From NCBI RefSeq assembly GCF_006345805.1, contig NC_043013.1, positions 21,080,001 to 21,144,000 of the forward strand: a stretch of 64,000 nt of DNA, read 5' to 3'. How positions within the stretch are numbered: the stretch's first letter is position 1; each line of letters starts with the position of its first letter. The translations under genes were made by a program, and so were the position numbers. This DNA comes from Octopus sinensis. Taxonomy: Eukaryota. This document shows positions 52,800-64,000 of the stretch, piece after piece. The notes under the pieces were generated by a model. It had not been told where the DNA came from, made no database searches, and was given only the letters and a program-made list of their open reading frames with translations.

Positions 52800-53091
52800 T
52801 CGAGAACTAAGCAAAGTTTTTCAAAATTTGCATAGGCCTCTGAGCAACTATTGCCGTGCTTTCGGGAAAATTTGATGCAGTTTCTCTGCTCAACTTTCTC
52901 TGCTATAGTCAATGCGACGATCACACGCTACACCCTTTCCTTCAAAGCACTGTTGTAAACAGTGGAAGTGAGCTACAGCATTAAACCTTAGTGCACATAC
53001 ATAGCAAGGTTGAACGTCAAGCGGTTTTACTCTGCGTGTTTTAGCTTCGTTACTATGGCCACAGTCTGGATATTTATTGATCAGACGAAAT

Positions 53092-53095
<4 letters not shown>
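52800..53095 (-). mobile_element. Mariner 5' end (third family)
   Basis: Minus strand AEKVEQRNCIKFSRKHGNSCSEAYA resembles the mariner N-terminal EQRxCIKF motif; preceded by TIR-like gtctgatcaataaatatccagact. Confidence 0.7.
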
Positions 53096-53173
<78 letters not shown>

Positions 53174-53422
53174 CATATATATATATATATATATATATAC
53201 GTGCATGCACATAGGCAGGGGCATGTATATATTTTATATACACACATACAGACACTTATCTAAATGATATATACACACACACGCATGCCTATATGATATA
53301 TATATATATATATATATATATGTTCATACATACACATATATTATTATATGCATATATATATATATATATAAACAAATCAAATTGCGATAAAATAAAAATA
53401 ATTATAATCGCTGGTATTACTA

Positions 53423-53499
<77 letters not shown>

Positions 53500-53914
53500 A
53501 ACATACACATATGTACATATATACATAAACACACACAGAGTTACATAACTACTGGATATATATATATATATATATATATATGTTCATACGTAATTAAATA
53601 CAATTATAAATAGCACATAACTAGAGGATATTTAATTTTCTTTTAATTTAGTCTCAATTCTGTATATAAGTTCTGGATTAGACAGGAAATCAGATATACA
53701 GACAGACACAGCTTTTCACGGAATAAGAGAGACTGCGGCTCTATTGTATATTCATCAACATATGTTCCTGTATATTATTATAATTCATGCTTTACTGTAT
53801 ATAATCATAATTCGTGTTTTACATATACACGTCTTTTATATTATTTTGTTCGTATATTATCATCAATATATACCATTATTATCATTTTTGTAATTATCAC
53901 TATCAATATCGGCA

Positions 53915-55080
53915 CCTGAGGCGGCGAGCTGGCAGAAACGTTAGCCCACCGGGCGGAATGCTCGCTGTAGTTCCTCTACCGCTACGTTTTGAGTTCAAAT
54001 TCCACCGGCGTCGACTTTGCCTTTTATCCTTTCGAGGTCGATAAAATAAGTACCAGTTACGCACTGGAGTCGATGTAAGCTATTATCCCCAGCCACCAAA
54101 TTTCTTGCCTTGTGCCTTAAGTAGAAAGGATTGTTATTATATTTCATGTAGATCAAGGATACCGATATTTCTTTCGGTAATTTTTGTTTACTTCATCTTC
54201 ACTGCCCACCCTTCATAAAAATGTTTATTATGCTATTAAAGAGTCGTTTAGAATTTCTCCTCTAGGCACAAGGCTCTAATTTTGGGAGAGGGAGCCAGTC
54301 GATTAGATCGACCCCAGTACGCAACTGGTACTTAATTGATCGGCCCCGAAAGGATGAAAGGCACATTTCGGCGGAATTTGAACTCAGATCTTAAAGGCAG
54401 ACGAAATACTGCTAAGCTTTTTGCCCGGCTTGCTAACGTTTCTTATTTCTTTACTGCACTCAAGGGACTAAACATAGAGGGGACAAACAAGGACAGATAA
54501 AGGGATTAAATCGATTACATCGACCCCATTGCATAACTGGTACTTAATTTATCGACCCCGAAAAGATGAAAGGCAAAGTCGACTTCGGCGGAATTTTGAA
54601 CTGAGCACGTAAAGCCAGGAGAGGTGCTGCTGAACAATTTGTCCGGCGTGCTAACGTTTTTGCCAGCTCGCCGCCTTTATATTAGTCGTTTAAACTTCGA
54701 AAAAATGAGCAGCAAAATTTGTTTCATTTCTTACGTTCTTAATTTGAATTCTACTGAGGTCGTCTTTGCTTTTTATTTTTCTGGTGTTGATAAAATTAAG
54801 CGGCAATCAGTTGTAGATTTTGGTGGTGTTAACCCCTTCCACAAAAGTACTTTGTCTTATGCCTGTGTCAGAAACTATTTCCTTTTAAAGTCGGTGAGCT
54901 GCCTGCTGGATTGGGAAAAATACCATGCTGCTTCTTACATTCTGAGTTCAATTTCCACCGTGGTCAACTTTGCATTTCATACCTTTGGGGTGGATAAAGT
55001 ACAAATCAAGTACAGCGATCGATGAAATTGATTTACTTAAAACGATTTCACCCTTCTCCTTTTGATACCAAAATCTGAAA
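53915..55080. mobile_element. Cluster of four SINE family B copies (+, -, -, +)
   Basis: Copies at ~53915-54130 (+), 54245-54440 (-), 54440-54680 (-), 54885-55080 (+). Confidence 0.8.
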
Positions 55081-55378
55081 TTATTATTATCATTATTATT
55101 ATCGAGCTAGTACACGCTAAATTTAATTAGCAGGAATGCTATGTTGTTTGTTTGGTGAGAAGTGACCTCAGACCTCAAGAAACTGTCTTAGAATTCTTGA
55201 ACAATATAGGATGGTACTTTTCTGGAGGTCGACAATGCGAGTCTCAATTCATCATCATTATTATTGTTGTTGTTGTTGTTATTTAGTTACTATAGCGCAG
55301 AAAAATTGTATTAGCTGTGAATATCAAGTACATTATATTGTACTGTATTGCTACTAATAGAGACATATACACACGAAT

Positions 55379-55448
<70 letters not shown>

Positions 55449-56469
55449 CATTTCTTTAACCCAGCCTGTGGTGAAACTCTATTTCTGTGTTTTAAATGGG
55501 GATTTGTATAAAAAGAAAACTTTCATCTTAGTTTAAAGATCCACAATGGAAGATCATTTTTAGATTTTTACTATATTTCATTGAAATGCCAAATGATCAG
55601 AAGAAATCATGGAGATTTTTTACTATTTATTACGTTGACAAGAGAATATGACAGCCATAAGCTGAGGTCAAGATCTATACATTAATGGAGATTTAATTGT
55701 GACGGCAGCAATGTAGCTTCTATTCAGTGAATGACGTAACCAACAACTAAGTATATATATGCAGAAACGTCAAGAAAAGCTTTTTGTGAAAATAAATACT
55801 TAGAAAATTGCATTTCAGTGATATGCGACAAATATATTTGAACGAAGTATATTGAAATATTATCACAGAGAAATATTTCCAGTGATAAAAAAGCTATTAT
55901 ATAAGATATGCGTGTTCTTCTGTGTGTTGATGAGTCATAAAATTAATATCTAAAGACGTTTTGTAAAACAATGATGCGAACGGGAAATCAGTGACTGGAT
56001 GGAGAGCAACCTATGTTTTTGTTTGTTTATTCCTAGTCTCGTGTTTGGCGCTCATTATATGTAGATAGCTTTTCTAAAAGAAACAAAACAGGAATATCAA
56101 AAGGAGCTTAATATCAGAGATGACAAATCATCTAGATTGTCATGGAACAGAAGAATTCGAGAAAAATAATGAATATACATGACGAAAATCTTTGAACTTT
56201 TGAGTCGATGATATCATCTTTGTAGATTCTATAAATAGTTACCTTGGAAAATATTGATCTGATTTCACTTTACATAGATCAGTGTTTTCTAATATTTTAG
56301 ATTATTTATTCAGAGTCTTTGGCTTGAAGATTGCACTGGAATATTGTACAGATTAAATAATTGATTTATTTGAGTACTCGTAAGCGGAAACCGACCTAAT
56401 AAATGGGTCGTAGAAGTTCGCTTCGCAACCACGTGATTTTGAATTCGACCTGCTCAATAATACTTTACT

Positions 56470-56904
56470 ATTTACTCTTTTTTACTCTTTTACTCTTTTA
56501 CTTGTTTCAGTCATTTCACTGCGGCCATGCTGGAGCATCGCCTTTAGTCGAGCACATCGACCCCAGGACTTATTCTTTGCAAGCCTAGTACTTATTCTAT
56601 TGGTCTCTCTTTAGCCGAACCGTTAAGTTACGGGGACATAAACACACCAGCATCGGTTGTCAAGCGATGTTGGGGGGACAAACACAGACACACAAACGTA
56701 TATACACACATACTTATATATATATATATATACATATATACGACGGGCTTCTTTCAGTTTCCGTCTACCAAATCCACTCACAAGGCTTTGGTCAGCCCGA
56801 GGCTATAGTAGACGACACTTGCCCAAGGTTCCACGCAGTGGGACTGAACCCGGAACCATGTGGTTGGTAAGCAAGGTACTTACCACACAGCCACTCCTGC
56901 GCCT
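56470..56904 (-). mobile_element. SINE family A, full length
   Basis: Complete head-to-tail match with (TAAAAGAG)n tail. Confidence 0.92.
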
Positions 56905-56912
56905 GGTTAACT

Positions 56913-57067
56913 TTAGTTAAGTTTCTTATTCAAAATCCCACAACTTTCTAGAGTTCGGTCCCATTCCTTGAAAGCATCTTCGTCGAAGTTGTAGCAATCC
57001 CAAGATGTTAACAAGTTTGTCTTCTTGACATGGAGGAGTAAAGGGCGTGGAAGAGTAATTCCCTCCC
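56913..57067 (-). CDS. Candidate terminal coding exon, unknown product
   Basis: ttaaccag| acceptor, phase 1, open to TAA: EGITLPRPLLLHVKKTNLLTSWDCYNFDEDAFKEWDRTLESCGILNKKLN*. Confidence 0.2.
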
Positions 57068-57218
57068 CTGGTTAAGATATTGCCTAATTTGCCCGAGGAT
57101 CGAAAAACCATTACAAAATAAACAGATAGTAGTGCAGTATTGAATACTCCTCCATTGGATTGGTCGATCTGAAAACAAAAATATCTCAGCGAGGTTAAAA
57201 CCCGTAAATGCTATTAAC

Positions 57219-57339
57219 CTATAACAACAACAAGTGGAGCTACAGCAACCAAAAGACTTCTGGTAACTGCGGAAATGACGAAAACGTTAATGGCGATTGC
57301 AAATGCGCTGAAAAGTTGGGTGAAGCTATCAACAAATCT
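57219..57339 (-). CDS. Candidate coding exon with hydrophobic/transmembrane segment
   Basis: gtgctttcag| acceptor, AG|gttaat donor; RFVDSFTQLFSAFAIAINVFVISAVTRSLLVAVAPLVVVI; the in-register antisense frame is also open. Confidence 0.3.
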
Positions 57340-57853
57340 CTGAAAGCACAACATTCTCATTATTAAAGTAATTTCTATCCAAAGGTGGAAAACAGATAAG
57401 GAAAAGAAAGCCCACGCAAGAAAATCACACAAATATACAACGAAATCTGACATACATGGACGTAAGCGACATATACGTATCAAGCGCACATACACACACA
57501 AATGCACAAAACATCTAATGGGGAACGCTCCTGTTAAAATTTAGTGTATAGCATTATAGGTTTAAAAAAAACAGATAATAAATATTTCAAAGAAGTAAAT
57601 CTACTCCTCAGAGAACAAATTTCTTTTGCATGTGTTGCGTAATTTTGAAAGTTTCCTTCTTAAATTTTTTATAAGATTGAGTCGTAAAGAAATGCTTGCA
57701 TTTATCTCTCTCACTCTTTGTCTTTACATATATATATATATATATATATAAATGAGACAGAGGGTAAGAGAAAGAAGTGTGCGTGTGTGTGTAGCATGAA
57801 AGAAAATGTCGTGTGCAGGAAGGAGAAAGATATATAGATAGATAGATAGATAG

Positions 57854-57908
<55 letters not shown>

Positions 57909-58289
57909 CGAAAATAAAAACACACGCATTACGTATAAACTTCACACAAGTTCTCGAAAGATAGGAAATTTATACATATGAAACATACAGATGTATACGC
58001 ACTAACATATCTGAGATCGCATGCGCGTGCACAAATTTTCTATATGACATTTTGTAAATAAAAACGCTTTTAGCGCGCGACTGAAACAAAAGGAGTAAAT
58101 TTTACATTAACCTTAGGAAAAGCATTGCTTTTATGTTGGGTTTTTTTCTTTCTTATTATAGGTAAGTTTAAGAGATGTGAGTGAATTTTGTTTCTTAAGT
58201 ATGAACCGCAAAGAAATGGGTCCCTCTCTCAATTCTTTATCACTATATTTGTGTGTATACATACATTTTAATAATAATAATAATAATAG

Positions 58290-58497
58290 TTTCAATTTTT
58301 GGCACAAGCCCAGAAAGTTCGGGAGGAACTAGTCGATTATATTGACCCCAATACTCAACTGGCATTTATTTTATCGACCACGAAAGGATAGAAGGTAAAG
58401 TCGACCTTGGCGGAATTTGAACTCAGAAAGTAAAGGCGGACGAAATACTGTAAAGCATTCTACCTGGCGTGCTGACGATTCTGCCAGCTCACCACCT
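58290..58497 (-). mobile_element. SINE family B
   Basis: gtcgaccttggcggaatttgaactcag...gattctgccagctcaccacct. Confidence 0.85.
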
Positions 58498-59192
58498 AAA
58501 TCATACAGTAATACCTTGACTACTGCGGGTGTTATGTTCCCAAAACTGCCGCGATAGGTGAAAATCCGTGAACTAGAAACGCATATATATAAGTGTGTGT
58601 GTGTGTGCGCGCATGTGGGTCTGTGTTTGCGTTAAAAAAATAATTGTAATTGAAATTTAAAACTAAAACATGAAACTCACGGTATACAAATACAAACAGA
58701 CACACGCATATATTCAAGTTGATCACGTACACAACTATACATATACTTGTATTCATAGACATATAGTCACATAAGCAAATACCGGCCACTCATACATATA
58801 AACGTACATATGCATGCACGCATACACACACACACACACACACACATACACACGAACATACAGATGCACACGCATACCTATATTCACTTTGGTAAACGCG
58901 TATGTAGAATTGATTTTCTGCCAGAGTTAAATCCACTTCAACGAAAACAAAATCATTCAAGACGGATGTTGGAAAGTATTGCTTTCAATTTGTTAGGAAA
59001 TATTAATACTAGAATTAAAACCAATATTATTCCCTGCACATCGGAAAATAGGTAATGCATGTATGAGAGCCGGTGAGTATGTGTGTTTGAGTGTGTTGTG
59101 TGTGTCAATATCATATTGTGATTTTATATGTACACATACATACATATATAAGTATATATATATATATATACATAAACACACATACATATACG

Positions 59193-59224
<32 letters not shown>

Positions 59225-59240
59225 TATTATATGTATGTGC

Positions 59241-59271
<31 letters not shown>

Positions 59272-59297
59272 TACATTTATAAATGTGTGTATATCTT

Positions 59298-59358
<61 letters not shown>

Positions 59359-59895
59359 TGTGTACGCAGATATACTCTAAGCGTCATGCGAAGAAGGACA
59401 TAGGCACATATATACATACATACGTATTTCCAGATGCAAGCGTATTTTTGTATACGTGTACGTGTTTTGGGCGCATGCATATTTATTCATTTACCTTGTG
59501 GACATTCATACACACAACCATCATCAGCGAGCGTTTACAAACCTAGAACACAGGGACAAAAGCCACGAAGCCTCATAAGGAACCTTATAGTATTTCGTTA
59601 AAGTTACTCGCATCTTTGTATGTTGAATGCGTTCTTCCCATGATAATTTTAATCTGTTACGTCATAGATTCACGATGATGTCATAGGGAGATGATTTTTA
59701 TAAACTGCCTTCTAAGCTGTAATATAATATAATACTGTCACGTACAACAATAATAGTAAAACGTTTATCTTTTCATACACGGGAAGGATTTATGGTGGAT
59801 GTCAAGACCGTCTTTTATTTAAACTGTTTTGACACATATACAAGATGTCGTTCTTCAGAAATTACTTTTTATTAATTTACAGCCGAAACCCCCGA

Positions 59896-60295
59896 AGGCG
59901 TAGGAGTTGCTGTGTGGTAAGTAGTTTGCTTACGAACCACATGGTTCCGGGTTCAGTCCCACTGCATGGCACCTTGCGCAAGTGTTTTCTACTATAGCCT
60001 CGGGCCGACCAAAGCCTTGTGAGTGGATTTGGTTGACGGAAACGGAAAGACGCCCGTTTTATCTATGTGTATATATATATGTGTGTGTATATACGTTTGT
60101 GTGTCTGTAATTGCCCCCCCCACCCAGCATCGCTTGACAACCGATGCTGGTGTGTTTACGCCCCCGTAACTTAGCGGTTCGGCAAAAGAGATAGGCTTAC
60201 AAAGAATAAGTCCTGGGGTCGATTTGCTCGACTAAAGGCGGTGCTCCAGCATGGCCACAGTCAAATGACTGAAACAAGTAAAAGAGTAAAAGAGT
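59896..60295 (+). mobile_element. SINE family A, full length
   Basis: ggcgtaggagttgctgtgtggtaag...gtcaaatgactgaaacaagtaaaagagtaaaagagta. Confidence 0.92.
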
Positions 60296-61633
60296 ATGTA
60301 TACTTTAGAATATATATATATATATATTCAAAACGTGGATTTATCTTTTCTACGGTCATGCTTCTTGCCATAATTTGTGTATGACACCCACCACATGGTT
60401 CCGGGTTCACTCTGAACTGTTTGCCTAGAGAGAGAGAAGGCTTGTGTCGTTCGACTGCCTTCAACACTGCCCTTAGAAAATCGCCAAAAGCGGTATTTTT
60501 TTATTGGAAACAAGAGCGTTTGAGAAAACCCTGATATGCCACAGTCTCACGCTCACTAGTGGATTTGTAGAACAGATCTCGTGAAACTATGGTGGTTTAC
60601 TGGTGGTGTCTAACCATGTATCAAGCGGATATGTTTCGAATCGTCTTTACAAGTGTAATGGAATAAATCAACCACAGTATAAGACTGATACATATTGTAC
60701 CTTTACTAGAAGGATCAATTAAAAAAATCTAATTGTGATTCGGAAAATTACAAAATCTTGTAAATTATCATCACAATGATATATCCGTCAGTAAATTTAT
60801 ACATAAATATATATACTTAAATGTGCGAGCTTGTGCATGTGTGTATGTAGACATTCTTTTTTTCTTGTTTCAGCTCAGAGTTGCGGCCATGGGTAAAAAA
60901 AATTCATTGAGACTCAATTTTACAGTTTGTTAGTACAAACTGGTCAGTAAAATGAGTTTCAATTTTTTACACTGTTTTATAAAATATTTTTTGTGGAAAC
61001 TTCTCTTCTGTGCAATTTGAAACCCTTGCCCTTCACGAAAAGAAGTATGATTCTCTTTCTTTCTTTCTTTCTAGCAAAACTTTTTTGTGAAAATATCTTA
61101 CTGTAAAAAATAAAAAGTATTATCATCTTCAGTAAAAATTTTTTATGCAAAGACATAACCCTTGTGTACTTAAATTTTCTTACACACGGACACACGCACA
61201 CACACATACACCCCCCCCCCACACACACACACATACACACACACAAACACACACACACATTTATATCTTTTTATGTGAAGAATAAAGTGTGTTTTTTTAT
61301 ATTTTGACAAAAATTCGAATATATAAAAATATTTAGCTCATTTTCAGCCTCTTACCAATTCTGACATACATACACACACGTCTACATATCTCTCCCTCCC
61401 TCTCTCATTCTTACTCTCTCTCTTTATCTATCTATCTCTATCTGTCTCTCCGTGTATATGTGTGTGTGTGTGTGTGTGGAGAGAGAGAGAGAAAGAGAGA
61501 GAGAGCTGGAAAATAATGAGACGAGGTTGAAAATGAGCAAATATTTTATATATTTCTGTATACTAAAAATTTTTACTTTCACATAAAACACATTATGTAT
61601 ATGTATGTATATATATATATGTGTGTGTATGTT

Positions 61634-61690
<57 letters not shown>

Positions 61691-61737
61691 GTATGTATGT
61701 ATGTACGTGTGTATGTAAGTATGTTTGTATGTATATA

Positions 61738-61773
<36 letters not shown>

Positions 61774-62132
61774 TGTATGTATGTATGTATGTATGTATGT
61801 ATGTATGTATTAGAATCGTTGGTCTGAACAAATATCAAAACTCTCAACAGGAGGTAAAGTTTAAGATATTTGAAAAATACTCAGATTCCTTTGCCAAAAC
61901 AAGTGCCGCCCAAACACTGTGTCTATTTCAGCCATCTTCACAACATATACGCATTCGTGTATGTATGTTTGTGTGCATGTGTGTGTTTTCATATACATAC
62001 AGAGACATAGATATCCATGGATAAATATATGCGTATATATATCTTTATACCCATATATATATATGTATATATGTATAGATATGATATATAAATGTCCATA
62101 TTTTATTCATGCCTATATATGTATATATATAT

Positions 62133-62357
62133 ATCACCTTGATCACCTTGATCGACCAGTCCGTCGGGAGTCCATTTGACACCGCTTGTCACACCACGCT
62201 GTCCATTCCTCTCTGGATCGTGCCTTTCTCATCCACGTGATCCCAATCGTCCTCCTAAAATCGTAACTCCACCGTCGTGGAGGCTTTCCGAGTGGTCGTT
62301 TCCGCTCGTACGAGTACCACTTGTCAACTGCGCAGGCCCACCGATTATCGGTGAACC
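62133..62357 (-). mobile_element. RTE LINE 3' end
   Basis: DNRWACAVDKWYSYERKRPLGKPPRRWSYDFRRTIGITWMRKARSREEW; (CAAGGTGAT)2 tail. Confidence 0.85.
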
Positions 62358-62455
62358 GATTAATTATATATATATATATACGAAAGAAGGTTTGAAAATG
62401 CAATTTTAAAAGATATTTATTTACTTTACCGGTTTCACTCTTTGGAAAAAGATTG

Positions 62456-62504
<49 letters not shown>

Positions 62505-62513
62505 CGTACATAC

Positions 62514-62580
<67 letters not shown>

Positions 62581-63155
62581 TAAAGTCTCAGAGAGAGACG
62601 TGTAAATTTATCAATGCATATATGCGTGTATACGTATAAATATCCATACGTATAGATATATAGACATATGTTATATGCATAAATGTTCATAAGTTTATTC
62701 ATGCACATAAGATTCTATACGATTGTCTATACATACATATGTGCGTATGTGTATGTGTGTGTGTGTGTGCGTGTATGTAAGTATGTATGTGTGTATCATT
62801 TATGCCTAACTACATATAATTATGTTTGTATAAATCAAATACGTTATGAACAGCTCGGCACACGGCAATATACTCGGTGAGAAAATACTAAATTTAAAGT
62901 TAAGCTGATCATTATTAAATCACGGTTAACTAATCTAAGAAAATGGATGTCTTTATACGTCGGAATTCGATTTGTCTTTGGCGTATTATCTATAATGGTA
63001 TTCGTCTTCTACAGAATCACAACGAAAATGTGAATTAACAGAAAAGTAGGAAGAGCATAGCTGCCATTTTTGTTATGGTGCCACTTACAGTCTCAGAACA
63101 CACAAAATTCGCAGACAAAATATTAAGAGAAACATTACTCACACATTCACGCATA

Positions 63156-63232
<77 letters not shown>

Positions 63233-63499
63233 ACAAACATACATAAACCCAAACACGTATGATAAACATTTCCGATAAAGAGATCCTATGGTATTTATTG
63301 ACGAGCACGCTTAGTTCCGATCTGTGTCAAATTATATTAACAATTCTCCGGTCTAAACACAGTTGCATCCACTTCAACGATAATGTCAGCGGCACCCCGA
63401 CACCGCCATCGCCACCGCCAACATCGCTATCGTTACCAGCAGCAGTTTCGTCGTCGTCGTCGGCAACAACAGCAAACATACTAACCAGCAACGACAACA

Positions 63500-63554
63500 G
63501 CATCTATAATAATAATAATAATAATATAATAATAGCAATAACAATAACAATAAC

Positions 63555-63603
<49 letters not shown>

Positions 63604-63618
63604 TAATATTATATAATA

Positions 63619-63678
<60 letters not shown>

Positions 63679-63699
63679 TAATAATAATAATAATAATAT

Positions 63700-63742
<43 letters not shown>

Positions 63743-63771
63743 TAATAATAATAGCAATAACAATAATAATA

Positions 63772-63814
<43 letters not shown>

Positions 63815-63926
63815 AATAATAATATAATGATAAAATAATAATAATATAATATAATAATAATAATAATAGCAATAACAACAATATAATAATAATAATAATA
63901 ATAGCAATAACAATAACAATAATAGC

Positions 63927-63957
<31 letters not shown>

Positions 63958-63958
63958 G
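63500..63958. repeat. Large degenerate (AAT)n microsatellite
   Basis: Direct observation. Confidence 0.97.
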
Positions 63959-64000
63959 TCACAATAAAACCAAATTTGTGTTGGCACATTGTTGCAACAG

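Noticed and set aside
52890-53075. Cys/His-rich minus ORF (PCYVC..AHFHCLQQC) resembling a RINGv domain
   Set aside because: Ligand spacing is wrong, and the sequence is the 5' UTR of a mariner leading into EQRNCIKF
57208-57366. 52-aa plus-strand ORF MLLTYNNNKWSYSNQK..
   Set aside because: It is the exact in-register antisense of the hydrophobic minus-strand candidate, which explains its N/K/E/D bias
62900-63012. Minus-strand IIDNTPKTNRIPTYKDI resembling ABCC FFDTTPxGRILNRFSKDI
   Set aside because: Spacing and key residues differ; likely coincidence

Overview
This is very AT-rich, repeat-dense eukaryotic DNA, not prokaryotic. The repeat complement (tRNA-derived SINEs with TAAAAGAG tails, R4/Dong 3' ends inside (TAA)n, RTE and CR1/L2-type LINE relics, mariner/maT transposons, large TA/CA/GATA/AAT microsatellites) fits an octopod cephalopod, probably Octopus; that assignment is from recognition, not a search. 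Most ORFs in the six-frame track are microsatellite or transposon translations. The best host-gene candidate is an 85-aa ORF at 16279-16536 (+) with a splice acceptor upstream, a strong start context, an MGxxxS+Cys N-terminus and several PKA/14-3-3-type motifs. It is preceded by a 10-bp minisatellite uORF and may have an alternative last exon. Other points of interest: a short repeat family with minimal type I hammerhead ribozyme motifs (Penelope/retrozyme-like, 3 copies); a young RTE tail whose target-site duplication supplies an in-frame ATG; long hairpins and a foldback; and a few weak minus-strand exon candidates. Three tandem duplications differ mainly by small indels and may be assembly artefacts. 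Repeat boundaries are approximate unless stated otherwise.
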